This document shows positions 1 to 12,698 of a DNA stretch of 23,159 nt, one piece after another; positions within the stretch are counted from its first letter, which is position 1, and each line of letters starts with the position of its first letter. The notes under the pieces were generated by a model. The model was not told where the DNA came from and made no database searches. It worked only from the letters and a program-made list of their open reading frames with translations. This stretch comes from Mantamonas sphyraenae STR306. Its lineage: Eukaryota > Protista > CRuMs. Where the stretch lies: the NCBI GenBank assembly GCA_026936335.1, contig JAPMXV010000066.1, positions 1 to 23,159 of the forward strand, in the 5' to 3' direction. The translations under genes and the position numbers were made by a program.

Positions 1-3000
1 TGTTCGCGTCGAGCACGTGACGGGCGTTTGGAAATCAGCTGCTGAGGACTGCAGGTCGCATGACGTTTTGTGGCTGAAACATTTGGGGAACGGTCGGTTG
101 GATTCGGATACCTTGGAGCAAGCATGGCTTTCCGCGTCGATTCTACTTCATCACGGACGGGAATTGCTGAGATTCTGGGCTCGCACGACGTGAGCAAGAT
201 CCAGGAGCACTTGATCAAGCTGTTGAAAACGTGAAGCGGCTGACGTTTGGCACGGGCCGCAACGCCAGAGATGATCATGGGCGTCGAGAGCCAGCGAGCA
301 GAGGTGCTTCCGTTCCGACACCAGGTGCAGGTGGAGGGGCATGGTGGAGTACTGGATGAACAACGTGGAGGACGAAATGCGCAAGACGCTTCACCAGGTG
401 ACGAAAGAGGCAATCTTCTACTACCAAAAGAGCGAGCGCGTGGAGTGGTTCCTGAACGAGGCGTACCCTGCGATGAGCACGCTTGTGGGATCGCAGATCT
501 GGTGGACGTGGGAGGTGGAGGATGCGTTCCGGCAGGTGCGCCAGGCAACAAGCTGATGATGAAGCAGCTGAATGCACGTCTGCACGGCCAAATCGACGAT
601 CTGGTGGACCTTGTGCGCACGGACATCACAAGCAAGCAGTCGCAGAAGGTGAACCGCAAATCATCATCGACGTGCACGCCCGGGACGTGATCGAAGGCTT
701 TGTGCGAGACAGCATCCTGGACGAGCGGATTTGAGTGGGAGTCGCAGCTGCGTTTTCTACTGGAACCGAGGACTGGACGATATCCAGATCCGACAGTGCA
801 CGGGCCTCGTTCGGGTTCGGGTACGAGTACACGGGCCTGAGCGGGCGACTTGTGATTACGCCGTTGACGGACAGGTGCATCATGACGCTGACGCAAGCGT
901 TGTCCATGTTCAAGGGCGGATCGCCAGCGGGGCCGGCAGGCACGGGCAAGACGGAACGGTGAAGGACCTGGCCAAAACGATGGGTCTACGCTGCGTCGTG
1001 TTCAACTGCGGTGAGGGCCTGGACGTGGAGGCGATGGGGAGCATGTTCAGCGGTCTGGCGCAGACGGGCTCGTGGGGCTGCTTCGACGAGTTCAACCGCA
1101 TCGAGCCGCAGGTGCTGTCTGTGATTTCGACGCAAATCGCGAAATCCAGCAGGCGCTGATGCACAGGTACACGCAGTTTCCGTTCCAGGACCGAGAGATC
1201 CGACTGAATCACAGCGTGGGCATTTTCGTGACCATGAACCCTGGATACGAGGGCGCACGGAGCTGCCGGACAACCTGAAGGCGCTGTTCCGGCCCGTGGT
1301 GATGGTGGTGCCGGACATGGAACAGATTTGCGAGATCATGCTGTTTTCGCAGGGATTCAGCAGCGCCAAGGTGTTGTCAAAGAAGATGACGGTGCTGTAC
1401 AAGCTTGCGCGCGAGCAACTGAGCAAGCAGAACCACTACGACTTTGGTTTGCGTGCGCTGCGAAGCTGCTCGTGATGGCGGGTGCGCTGAAGGCGGTCGT
1501 CGCCCGAGTACAGCGAGGAAGCTGGTGTGATGCGCGCGCTGCGCGATATGAACCTGCCCAAGTTTGTGTTTGAGACGTGCCTCTGTTCCTGGGTCTGATT
1601 GCAGACCTGTTCCCGAAGCTGGATTGTCGCGTGTGCGCTACCCCGGTCTGCACGACGCCGTGGAAGGCGCGCTTGCAGAGCGCGGCCTGCAGGTGCTGTC
1701 CGAACAGGCGTTGACAAGACGATCCAGGTGTACGAGACGATGCTGACGCGCCACACAACCATGGTGGTGGGGTCCGACGGGAGGGGGCAAGACTGTCGTG
1801 CTGGAAACGCTTCAGCGCGCGCAGACGGCTCTGGGCTTGCATACGAAGCTGATTGTGCTCAACCCAAAGGCGGTGACGCTGCAGGAGCTGTACGGACGGC
1901 TGGACAAGAACACGCGCGACTGGACGCCCGGATTGCCTGTCGTATCTGTTCAAGGAGATGAACAAGCCGCTGATTGGAGACAAGAAGGAGGCGCGGTACA
2001 TGGTATTCGACGGCGACGTGGACCCCGTGTGGGTGGAGAACATGAACAGTGTGATGGACGACAACAAGCTTGCTCACGCTGCCGAACAGCGATAGGATTC
2101 TGCTTCAGGACCACTGCAAGCTTCTGTTTGAGGTGGCGCACCTGAAGTTTGCGTCGCCTGCAACGGTGTCGCGATGTGGCATGGTGTTTGTGGATCGCGG
2201 AACATGGGGTGAAGCCGTACTTCAAGACGTGGCTGGGCAGGCGCAACAACAAGAGCGAGGCCGAGGTGCTCGGGGCGTTTTTCGACAAGTACGTGAGCGC
2301 GTGCGTCGACTACGTGACGGAGGGCATCTTGGAAGGAATTGTGACGAAGAAGCTGCGCACAATCATCCCGTACACGCGGATGAACATGATGCGACAGCTG
2401 TGCACGCTGTTGGAGTCTGTGCTGGACCATCAGGAGCGCGCGGTGACGGATCCGAGCAGCCTGGAGGCGGTGTTTATCTTTTGCGTGATCTGGTCACTGG
2501 GTGGAGCGCTGGTGGAGGAGTCGCAGGTGAAGTTTGATGCGTTTGTGAAGAAACTGTCGGATCTGGTGATTGTGGACAACCCGGACCTGACGGTGGGCAC
2601 GGGTCAGCTGCCTGCGGCCCTGCCGACGCTGTACCAGTACTACTTTGACGTGAAAGTGAACAAGTGGATCCCGTGGGGCGACATGGTGCAGCCGTTCATG
2701 GCGCCCGAGGACGGCAAGTTTTCGTCGATCCTGGTGCCGACGGTGGACACGGTGCGCTACACGATGCTGATGGACATGGTGATGCGCACGCAGCAGCCGA
2801 TGCTGTTTGTGGGTGAGACCGGAACGGCCAAGTCGTCGATTACGCAGAAGTACATGAGGGGCCTGGACAGCGACCGATTCCTGACGCTGACGATGAACTT
2901 TAGTTCGCGCACGACGGCGCAGGACGTGCGCAACACCATCCAGGAGCCTCTGGAGAAGAAAACGCGCGACACACTGGGCCCGCCTGTGGGACGCATGCTT

Positions 3001-6000
3001 GTGACGTACGTGGACGACCTGAACATGCCGAGTGTGGACAAGTACGAGACGCAGCAGCCGATTGCGTTGCTGCGTCTGCTGATTTCGCGAGGCGGGTTCT
3101 ACGAGCGTGGCGAGCAGATCTTTTGGAAGAAGCTGCAGGACCTGCTCTTCCTGGGCTCCATGGGCCCTGCAGGCGGAGGGCGCAACGCAGTGGACCCCCG
3201 GTTCATCTCGCTGTTCAACGTGTTTAGCATCACGTTCCCGAGCGACCAGTCGCTGACCAAGATCTACACGAGCGTGCTGAACCACCACCTGCTGTCGTTC
3301 CCGGACGGGCTGCGTGACCTGTCGCGTGAGCTGACGTCGATGACGCTGAAGCTGTACCGAGCTGTTGTGCAGCACCTGCCACCGACGCCGAGCAAGTTCC
3401 ACTACATCTTCAACCTGCGCGACTTGTCGCGCGTGTACGAAGGTCTTTGCCTGAGCCGGCCGGATTCGTTCGACGGCGTGGAGCAGTTTGTGCGCCTGTG
3501 GCGCAACGAATGCCTGCGCGTGTTCCATGACAGGCTGATTTCTGTGGAGGACCGGCAGTGGCTGAACGACAAGATCGGACAGCTGATCAAGCACTACTTT
3601 CCGCGAGAGGCGGTTGGGGCACTGGAGGATCCGATCCTGTTTGGTGACTTTGACCAGGCGCTGGAGAGCGAGGATGCGCGTGTGTACAAGGACCTTGTGG
3701 ATCACGAGAGCGTGCGCAACCTGTTTATGGAGGTGCTGGAGGACTACAACGACCACCACCGCAAGATGGACCTTGTCCTGTTTGACCAGGCGCTGGAACA
3801 CCTTGTGCGCATCCACCGGATCATCCGCATGCCACGCGGCAATGCGCTCCTTGTGGGCATTGGTGGGAGCGGCAAGAGGAGCCTGACGCGCCTGGCGACG
3901 CATGCAGCTGGGTACGAGCTGTTCCAGATCACGCTGACACGCAACTACACGGAGGAGTCATTCCGTGAGGAGCTGAAGACGCTGTACAAGAAGCTCGGCG
4001 AGGAGGACAAGCAGGTGACGTTCTTGTTTACGGACAACGACGTGGTGCACGAGGAGTTTCTGGAGCTGGTGAACAACATGCTGACGAGCGGCATGGTGCC
4101 TGCGCTGTTTGCGGACGACGAGCGTGAAGCGTTGATCAGTGGGATCCGGTCGGAGGTGATCAAGCGCAACATCTTTGACACGCGCGAAAACTGCTGGAAC
4201 TACTTTGTGAACAAGTGCCGAGACAACCTGCACATTGTGCTGTGCATGTCGCCAGCAGGAGAGATGCTGCGGCAGAGGTGCCGCAACTTCCCCGGACTGG
4301 TGTCGAACACGGTGATCGACTGGTTCTTCCGCTGGCCCGAGACAGCGCTGCGTGCGGTGGCTGAGCACATGTTGGCGGAGGAGGACCTTCCGGAGCGCTT
4401 CCGAGAGGACATTGTGTCGCACATGGTGCTGACACACGAACGTGTGACGGAGCACTGCGCCGAGTTTGAGGCGGAGCTGCGACGCAGCAACCACGTGACG
4501 CCAAAGAACTACCTTGACTACCTGCACGGATACATGGGCCTGTTGAAGAAGCACCGAAAGAAGCTGGGAGAAGAAGCCAAGTTCCTGGACGACGGCCTGC
4601 GCGCGCTGATTCTGGCTGCACAGGAGGTGGAGGTGATGAACACGGAACTTGTGAAGAGCAAGGCGATTGTGCACCAAAAGAAGCTGGCGTGCGACGAGTT
4701 GCTGGCCAAAATCACGGAGCGAAACGCAAAGACCAAGGAGAAGCAGCTGGCGGCGAGCGAGAAGGAAGCGGAGCTTGAGGAGACGCAGCGCAGGGTGTCT
4801 GAGGAGAAGGCAGAGGCGGAAGGCCAGCTGGCAGACGCGATGCCAGAGCTGCTGGAGGCACAGGAGCTGCTGCAGAACTTGCCGCGCGAAAAGATCGTGG
4901 AGATTCGGTCGTACTACAACCCGATGCAGCAGATCCGGGACGTGTGCATCTGTGTTGTGATTCTGCGCGGGTTCAAGGACCACACGTGGAAGGGAGCCAA
5001 GGCGATGATGACGAGTCCGTCCTTCCTGCAGGACCTGCTGAACTTTGACGCGGAGACGCTGACGTCAAACAAGATGAACAAGGTGAAGGAGATCTTTTCG
5101 CAAATCGGGTCGCGCAGCGAGGTGGAGAGCATTTCGAGCGCAGGTGTTGCGCTGTATGATTGGGTCAAGTCGATGATCAACTTTTACTCGGTGATGCGAA
5201 ACGTGGCGCCGAAGCGTGAACGTGTGCAGGCGAAGGAGAAGGATCTGAAGCGCGCGAACAAGGAGCTGGAAAAGATCAAGATGGACGTGGCTGCACTGAG
5301 CGACGAGCTGATGAAACTGGGTGAGCTGTTTGCGGGCCAGACGGCAGAGCAAATGGAGCTGAAGGCGCGTGCGGAAGAGATGGAGGCGCACTTGACGGCA
5401 GCAAAGAAGCTGATCAGTGGGCTGGGCACGGAGCGGTCGCGCTGGACGGACGACCTGGCAGAGACGAAGCAGCGACGCGAGCGACTTGTGGGAGACAGCC
5501 TTGTGGCGGCGGCGTTCCTGAGCTACGCGGGCCCGTTCTCACACGAGTTTAGGAAGCGCATGCTTGAAGGGGAGTGGGTGCCGGACGTGATTGGGCGAGA
5601 GATCCCGATTACGGCGGACTACACTGTGGAGGCGCTGCTGACGGACGACGTGGAAGTGTCGCGTTGGTCGTCGCAAGGACTGCCGCCGGACGAGCAGAGT
5701 GTGCAGAACGGCATCCTGGTGACGCAGTCGACGCGTTGGCCGCTTTGCATCGACCCGCAGATGCAGGTGGTAGAGTGGATCAAGAAGATGGAGGGAAGTG
5801 CGCTGCATGTGACCACGTTTGACGACGGGGACTTTTTGCGCGCGCTGGAGTATGCGATCCAGTATGGGCGGCCGTTCCTGATTGAGGGTGTGGACGACGC
5901 GGTGGATCCCGTGATTGAGCCTGTGCTGGAGAAGGACATCAACGTGATTGGCAACAAGCGGTTCATCAACCTGAACGACAAGGACATCGACTGGGATCCT

Positions 6001-8961
6001 GCGTTCCGGCTGTACATGACGACCAAGGTGGCGAACCCTGCGTACAACCCGGAGCTGTTTGGAAAGACGGCTGTGGTGAACTGCTGCGTGACGCCGGATG
6101 GACTTGCAGAGCAGCTGCTGAGCGTGGTGGTCGGGTACGAGCGCAGCGACCTTGAAAAGTCGCGCACGAAACTGATCCAGGAAACGAGTGAGAACAAGGG
6201 CAACCTGAAGCGTCTGGAGGACACACTGTTGCGAGAGCTGGCACACTACGACGACGGGCGCAAGATGTTGGACAACACGGAGCTGATCGAGACGCTGGAG
6301 GACGCCAAGAGCAAGGTGGTGGAGATCAGCGAGAAGCTGGAGCAGGGACGACGCACAGCGAAGGACATTGAGGCGGTACGCAACGGGTACAAACCCGTGG
6401 CGAAGCGAGGCAGCATCTTGTTTTTCGCAATGAGCTCGCTGAGCGCGATGAATCCGATGTACGAGTATTCGCTGAACGCGTTTGTGGGCGTGTTTGAGGC
6501 GTCGCTGCGCGGGTCGAAGAAGGACACGATCCTGCAGACGCGGTTGATGTACATCATGGACACGCTGACGCGCAACGTGTACAAATACGTGTGCACGAGC
6601 CTGTTTGAGGAGCACAAGCTGACGTTTTCGTTCCAGATGGCGGTGATGATTCTGGAAGGCCGCGGCGGGATGGTGCGTTCGGAGCTGGAGTTTTTCCTGA
6701 AGGGCAATGTCAAGGTGGGCGGCAGCAGTTCGAGCTCGGGAAGCACAGGGCAGGTGGAAGGAGGCAGCAGCAGCAGCAGCAGCAGCAGCAGCGGCGAAGG
6801 GTCGCTGTCGGAGCTGGAGCGCGTGTCGTGGGTGGAAAAGAAGAGCTGGGAGGATCTGATGGCGTTGGGAGAGCTGGGCGGGGTGTTTGAAGAGGTTGTT
6901 CGGGGCGTGGCGGACCGTGGGAACGAGGCAGTGTGGATGGAGTGGTACCAGGACGCGACGCCCGAGGTGAAGAACCTGCCGCTTGGCCTGCACAGCAAGC
7001 TGAACCGGTTCCAGCAGCTGTGTGTGTTGCGTTGCTTCAGGCACGACCGCGTGGTGGTTGCGGTGAAGAATTTCATCACGACGACGCTGGGTGAGCAGTA
7101 CATCAACCCGATCCAGTCGTCGATTGACGACATCTTCCAGCAGAGTACGGCGACATCGCCGGTGGTGTTCATCCTGAGCCCCGGAGCTGATCCTGCAGCG
7201 GACATCTTCAAGCTTGGAGAGCAGCGTGGAATGGTGGGCAACACAAAGATTCGTCACCGTGCTCTGGGAGAAGGGCAGGAGAAGGCGGCGAAGCAGCTGA
7301 TTGAGATGGGGATCTCGCGTGGACAATGGGTGATCCTGATGAATTGCCATCTGCTGACGAGCTGGCTGAAGCCGCTGGAGAAGCTGCTGACGGAGAAGCT
7401 TGCGGAGAAGCCGAACCCAGACTTCCGGCTGTGGTTGACGACGGAGCCGACGGAAAAGTTCCCCGTGGGCATCCTGCAGCGGTCGCTGAAGGTGGTGACG
7501 GAGCCGCCGAATGGGCTGCGGCAGAACATGGAGCAGAGCTACTCGAGGATCACGGACGAGGATCTGGAAGAGTGCCCGCACTGGGCGTTCAAGCCACTGG
7601 TGTATGTGCTTAGCTTCTTCCACGCTGTGGTGCAGGACAGGCGCAAGTACGGAAAGATTGGGTGGAACATCGCGTACGACTTTAACGAGAGCGACTTTTC
7701 GACGTCGCTGACGCTGCTGAACACGTACCTGAGCAAGGCGCACGGGAACAAGGAGTCAGCGATTCCGTGGAACTCGCTGCGGTACTTGATTGGCGAGGCG
7801 ATGTACGGAGGTCGTGTGACGGACGACTTTGACCGACGTGTCCTGATGACGTACCTGAACGAGTACATGGGCGACTTTTTGTTTGACACATTCCAGCCAT
7901 TCCGGTTCTTTGAGAACGAGGAGGAAGGTCTGGTGTTCAAGGTGCCGGAGGACGGGCCGCGGGAAAACTATGTGACGGCGATCGAGGAGCTGCCGCCGAC
8001 GGACACGCCTGAGGTGTTTGGGCTGCACCCGAACGCAGAGATTGGATACCTGACGTCGTCGTCGCGACAACTGTGGCGAGACATGTTGAGCATCCAGCCA
8101 CGCACGACGTTGGGTAGCGGTGGGATGTCGCGGGAGACGTTCATCCTGGGCACGACGCATGAGCTGATGCAAAAGATTCCGGAGGAGTTTGATTTGCAGC
8201 GCATCGGAAAAGCGCTGGGAGACGAGCTGACGCCGAGCCAGGTTGTTTTGCTGCAGGAGCTTGCGCGATGGAACGCTCTGGTGAAGAAGATGAGCGTGAC
8301 GCTGCGTGACCTTGAGCGTGCGCTGAACGGCGAGATTGGGATGAGCATTGAGCTGGACGAACTTGCGACGTCGTTGTACAACGGACAGCTGCCGCGCAGG
8401 TGGCAAGAGCTGGCACCGTACACGGAAAAGTCGCTTGGTGGCTGGATGGCATACTTTGACCAGAGGTATCAGCAGTACCTGAGCTGGATCGAGAAGGGAG
8501 AGCCTGTGGTGATGTGGCTGTCGGGCCTGCACGTGCCGGAGGCGTATCTGACGGCGCTGGTGCAGGCGGGTTGCAGGCGACACGGGTGGCCGCTGGACAA
8601 GAGCACTCTGTTTACGCAGGTGACGGATTATCGGGAGGCGGATGAGATCACGGCGCGACCGGAGGACGGGTGCTACATCCAGGGCCTGTACCTGGAGGGA
8701 GCGAGCTGGGACCGGGAGCGCGGGTGCCTTACGGCGCAGCGAAACAAGGTACTTGTGGAGGAGTTTCCGATTGTGCAGGTGGTGCCCATCGAAGCGAGCC
8801 GACTCAAGTTGCACAACACGATTCGCACGCCTGTGTACGTGACGCAGCAGAGGAGGAATGCGATGGGAGTCGGGTTGGTGTTTGAGGCGGATATCCCGAG
8901 CCAGGAGCACGAGAGTCTGTGGGTGTTGCAGGGAGTGTGTCTGGTGTTGAACACGAATTGA
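1..8961 (+). CDS. DNAH10: Axonemal dynein heavy chain, inner arm I1/f alpha type (DNAH10 / Chlamydomonas DHC1-like); 5'-truncated, with frameshifts in ~1-2200
   Basis: AAA1 P-loop GPAGTGKTE (~930-957), [16 protein letters not shown] and [10 protein letters not shown] are spread over shifted frames. An uninterrupted ORF follows to TGA at 8961, with P-loops GETGTAKS and GIGGSGKRS, a stalk coiled coil, RWPLCIDPQ and [12 protein letters not shown]. The C-terminus [13 protein letters not shown]...[11 protein letters not shown] is typical of DNAH10. No introns seen. Confidence 0.93.
6766..6792 (+). repeat. (AGC)9 microsatellite encoding poly-Ser within a Gly/Ser insert of dynein
   Basis: Direct reading of the sequence; part of [29 protein letters not shown]. 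Confidence 0.95.
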
Positions 8962-9038
8962 GGGTGAGGGAGTGGAAGCAGAGCAATGGAGGATCAAGCA
9001 AGGATTGGACACAAATGGTTGACAAATGGTTGCACGCT

Positions 9039-10442
9039 CTATTGTTGCGGGTTGGGAAAATTGATCTTTGTGTGGTAGCCGTACTCGAGACCAGCAGTGT
9101 CGACGGAGAAGGAGCGGGTAGGCTGGTTTGTGATTTCAATGGTTGCGTTGCAGCGGACACCCAGTGCCTCAAAGTCGGAAAAGATGAATGTGTCGTAGGG
9201 AAAGAGGAGGCGATTGTACTGCAGGTGCGGGTGGCGGGGTGGAAAACGTGTCAGAAGGGGAGGACGGGAAAGGGCACGGGGAGGGCGACAACGATTGCGT
9301 ACCTGGTCGAGACGGCTGTCAAAGGTCAACGTGAGCTTGTGGTTGGTGGTCTCGAGAGTGAGGACCTGAGTGAGCGGGATCTTGGCCGTGCCAAGGTCGT
9401 CGGTGTACTGGACCCAGTTGCTGCGTGCGACGTCAAAGCGGATGAGCTTGCCGTCGTTGGTGGTGTCAACGACAGGGTTGGCGAAACGAGTCTCGTCCCA
9501 AATGACAACCTTGCGCATGCCGACGTGGGTGGCATTGGTGAGGCGGACGTCGCCGAAAGCGCCAAGGACCTGGTAGGCCGGGAAGCCAATGTCAGTGAGA
9601 CCTGTGCCTGCGATGATGCTGATGTCTTGCTCTGGATCAAGTTGGTTGGGCACAACGACGCGGAACCATGCCCAGGGGTCATCGACGGGAGGGTTGGGGC
9701 CAGATGCGGGGAAGCGCTCCCCCCAGTTCATGTCGCCGTAGGCACGGGCGAGTGTGCCTTCTTTGAACGTGTACGTCTGGTCACCCACAGTGATGGTGCC
9801 GCGCACGAGGGCGTCGTGGGAATGGGTGTTCCAGCCGATTTCGCCGCGGCCAGCCGTTTCGGAAATCCATTCGAGGTCCTGCTGGCCATACCAGCCGAAA
9901 ATGCGGGTCAGAGTAAGGTCCCAGGTGATGGGCAGATCCTTTGCACAGTTTTCAGCAAACCAATAGTGCTCGGTGTGGGTCAGAGAGCCGCGGAGGTGCA
10001 GAGTGTCGTTGGAGTCGAGTTGCTGCATGGAAAAGTCGTCGCCCACGGTGACGTCGTAGTAGTTGGAGACGGAGAGAGCATCGAGGGGCCAGCGTTCGTA
10101 CTTGCTGATGCCGGTCATGGTGGAGTTGGGGCCTCGGAAGCGGTTGGCGTAGCTCAGGTAGGCGCCTGTGTTTTGCTGCGACTTGCCACCGCGGAACATG
10201 CCGTAGGAGAAGGCGTGGAAGCGGCCGGAACCGTCCTGGATCTCAAAGAACCACCACTGGAAGAAGGGCTTGTCTTTGGGGAACTCGTCGAGGCGGTAAC
10301 GCTGGTATTTGGGGCCCGGGTTGACGACGCCGTCGTCGGCAAAGAGGCGGGCCGAGACCAGCGTGGCGGTGGTAGCCACGAGGAGTAGGAAGGAGAGGAG
10401 GAGGGCGGACGCCAGGGTGCTGGAGGAGTGTTTGCTGCGCAT
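9039..10442 (-). CDS. Secreted tocopherol cyclase-like (AttH/lipocalin-like beta-barrel) protein; exons 10442-9303 and 9218-9039
   Basis: ATG at 10442 opens a signal-peptide-like segment (MRSKHSSSTLASALLLSFLLLVATTATLVSA). Motifs PFFQWWFFEI, GTITVGDQTYTF and AYGDMNWGERFP...WAWF resemble tocopherol cyclase FFEGWYF and AYxEKNWGxxFP..WFW. Ends at TAG. The family call is from motif memory. Confidence 0.65.
   Translation of the reverse strand: MRSKHSSSTLASALLLSFLLLVATTATLVSARLFADDGVVNPGPKYQRYRLDEFPKDKPFFQWWFFEIQDGSGRFHAFSYGMFRGGKSQQNTGAYLSYANRFRGPNSTMTGISKYERWPLDALSVSNYYDVTVGDDFSMQQLDSNDTLHLRGSLTHTEHYWFAENCAKDLPITWDLTLTRIFGWYGQQDLEWISETAGRGEIGWNTHSHDALVRGTITVGDQTYTFKEGTLARAYGDMNWGERFPASGPNPPVDDPWAWFRVVVPNQLDPEQDISIIAGTGLTDIGFPAYQVLGAFGDVRLTNATHVGMRKVVIWDETRFANPVVDTTNDGKLIRFDVARSNWVQYTDDLGTAKIPLTQVLTLETTNHKLTLTFDSRLDQVRNRCRPPRALSRPPLLTRFPPRHPHLQYNRLLFPYDTFIFSDFEALGVRCNATIEITNQPTRSFSVDTAGLEYGYHTKINFPNPQQ
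9219..9302 (-). other. Spliceosomal intron, 84 nt, in-frame and stop-free
   Basis: CAG|GTACGC donor, branch TCTGACAC, CTGCAG acceptor. Removes the low-complexity peptide VRNRCRPP...PHLQ. Confidence 0.85.
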
Positions 10443-10574
10443 GGTTGGAAGGTTGTGTTGGGAGAGAATGCGTTGTTTTGTTTGGATTCGGGGCGTGATT
10501 GTGTCGTGTGGGTAGTGCGTGTGGCTCAGTACAGCTGTAGAGTTTGTGAATGTGTGCGTGCGTGTGGAGGGCAA

Positions 10575-12698
10575 TCACATCATGCCGCCTGCACCCGGGT
10601 AGCCGCCCTGCTGTTGCTGCTGGGGAGTGAGCTTGATCATGTCGTCGATGCGGAGGATGGTGATGGCGGCCTCGACGGCAAACTCAAAGCTCTTGAGCTT
10701 GCTCATGGTCGGCTCGACGACACCGCGAGCGACGTTGTCGACGACATCGCCCTGGATGAGGTCCAAGCCGTAGCGGAGATACTTCTTGTCGTCGTCGTTG
10801 TCTTTCTGGGCGAGGTGGTGGAGACCGAGAAGGGTGGAGACTAGGTCCATGCTGTCCTGGGCGGCGTTGACAGCGAGGGTCTTGGGGATGACAAGGAGAG
10901 CCTGGGAGAACTCATAGACGGCGAGGGCTTCGCGGGTCTTGAGGATGGAGGCGTAGCTCTCGAGGTGGACGGAAAGGGCCGTCTCGACTGCGCCGCCGCC
11001 AGGGACGATACGCTTGGACTCAAGGGTGCGCTGGACAACGCACATGGCGTCGTGCAGACTGCGGTCCATCTCGTCGAGAACCATGCTGTTGGGACCGCGG
11101 AGGATGATGGAGGAGGCGCGAGTGTTTGCGCAGCCCTTGATGAGGATGAGCTCATCGTCGGAAACGCGCTCCTGGCAGACCTCTTCGGCGGCGCCGAGGT
11201 CCTCGGGGTCAAACTCTTCGTCGCCCTCCATGGTGGCAAGGGAGGTGACAAGGCGGCCGCCGGTGATCTTTGCGATGCGCTTGAGGTCGTCGCGCTTGCA
11301 GCGGCGGACGCCCATGACACCGTTGTCGACCATGTACTTGAGGACGAGGTCGTCGATGCCCTTGGTGGTGAGGATGACGTTTGCGCCTGCGTTGATGATC
11401 ATCATGACGCGGTCCTTGGCCATGTCGAGTTCCTTCTGCTTGATCTTCTCGAGCTGCTCGACGTCCTCGAGCTCGACCTTGATGCCCATGGCGAGGCGGC
11501 CCTTGTTGAGGTTGAAGTCGACGCAGGCGATCTTTGCGTCGGCGATGCGCATGGGCATGAGCTGGGAAGCGACGGTGCAGTTGAGTGCAAAGCCCGGAAC
11601 AACGAAGCTCTCCTTCATGGACTTGCCGTGGGATTTGAGGACGTTGACGCTCTTGACTGGGTAGATGGTGTCGCCCATGTAGTTGATGCGCTTGACGCGT
11701 GTGATTGCGTCGTAGCAGACGTTTGCCCAAAAGTCGCTGCTGGTGTTGCCGAGGACCTTTGAGCTGAGGGAAGTGGTGGCAGCCTGGAGGAGGACGTCCT
11801 TGTCGTCTTCGGTGATGTCCACCGAGAGGTTTTCGGCAATGAATTTCTTCACCTGCTTGAGAGCCATGCGGTAGCCCTTGATGACGCTGGTGGGGTGAAT
11901 CTGCTTCTTGACGAGCTCGTTGGCGCGCTTGAGGAGCTCTGCGGCGAGGATGACGACGGAAGTTGTACCGTCGCCCGACCTCGGTGTCCTGCAGACCGGC
12001 AAGCTCGACGAGGATGCGTGCAGCCGGGTGCTCGACGTCGAGCTGCTGGAGGATGGTGGCACCGTCGTTGGTGATGAGGACATCTCCGATGTCGTCGACA
12101 AGCATTTTGTCGAGGCCGACGGGGCCGAGGGAAGTCTTGACAATGTTTGCAATGGCTAGGCAGGCGGTGACTGGGAGGAGATCAGAGCGGGATCAGGAAT
12201 TCGCATTTGCAGGCGGGGAGTGTGCGAGGGAGCGGGTCAGTGGAGGGCGGAGGACGTGGATGTGGCGGTTGGGTGGGAGTGGGAACAGCGGGTGGGGGAG
12301 AGGGGTGGGAGGTTGGGAAGGTGTGGGGCGTGCGGGAGGCGGAGGAAGGAGGAAGGAGAGGGTGCTCAGAACGGGAGCAAACGGCCAGAAACGGCAGGGC
12401 GGACGGGAGTGCACAGGGCAGAGGGACAGGGCAGCATGTGCAGGAACAGGGGCGAGCGAGACAGGAAGGCGGAGGGATGGGTGGGGAGGGCGTGGGGTGG
12501 CGTGTGGAAGAGGATGGGGCTGTGGACGGAAAAGTGGCGCCAAAATGTGGAGGCGAAGCACGCATGGGATCGCGGGCGGGGCTACGGAGAGGAGGGAGGG
12601 AGGGAAGGAACATGGAGGAGGCACATACCGTTCTGCGTGCGCACGTCCTGGCCATGGGTGCGTTCTCCGTTGACACCGGCGATGGAGGTAGAGGACAT
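10575..12698 (-). CDS. TCP1: T-complex protein 1 subunit alpha (CCT-alpha); exons 12698-12629 and 12170-10575; one apparent 1-nt insertion near 11974
   Basis: Spliced N-terminus [54 protein letters not shown], then [25 protein letters not shown] and [15 protein letters not shown]. The GQDVRTQNV and [15 protein letters not shown] motifs indicate the alpha subunit. Confidence 0.96.
12171..12628 (-). other. Spliceosomal intron of TCP1, 458 nt
   Basis: AACG|GTATGT donor and CTCCCAG|TCACC acceptor. Splicing restores the conserved QN-V-TA. Confidence 0.92.

Noticed and set aside
1-2200. Many frameshifts in the 5' part of dynein, suggesting a pseudogene, RNA editing or programmed frameshifting
   Set aside because: The indels are of mixed type and sign, often at short homopolymers, and concentrated at the window start, while the next 6.7 kb is intact. 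This is the pattern of low-coverage long-read error.
2494-10388. Long antisense or alternative-frame ORFs (2494-3903, 5539-7743, 7756-9012, 8919-10388)
   Set aside because: Expected from GC-rich third positions opposite real genes; no recognisable motifs.
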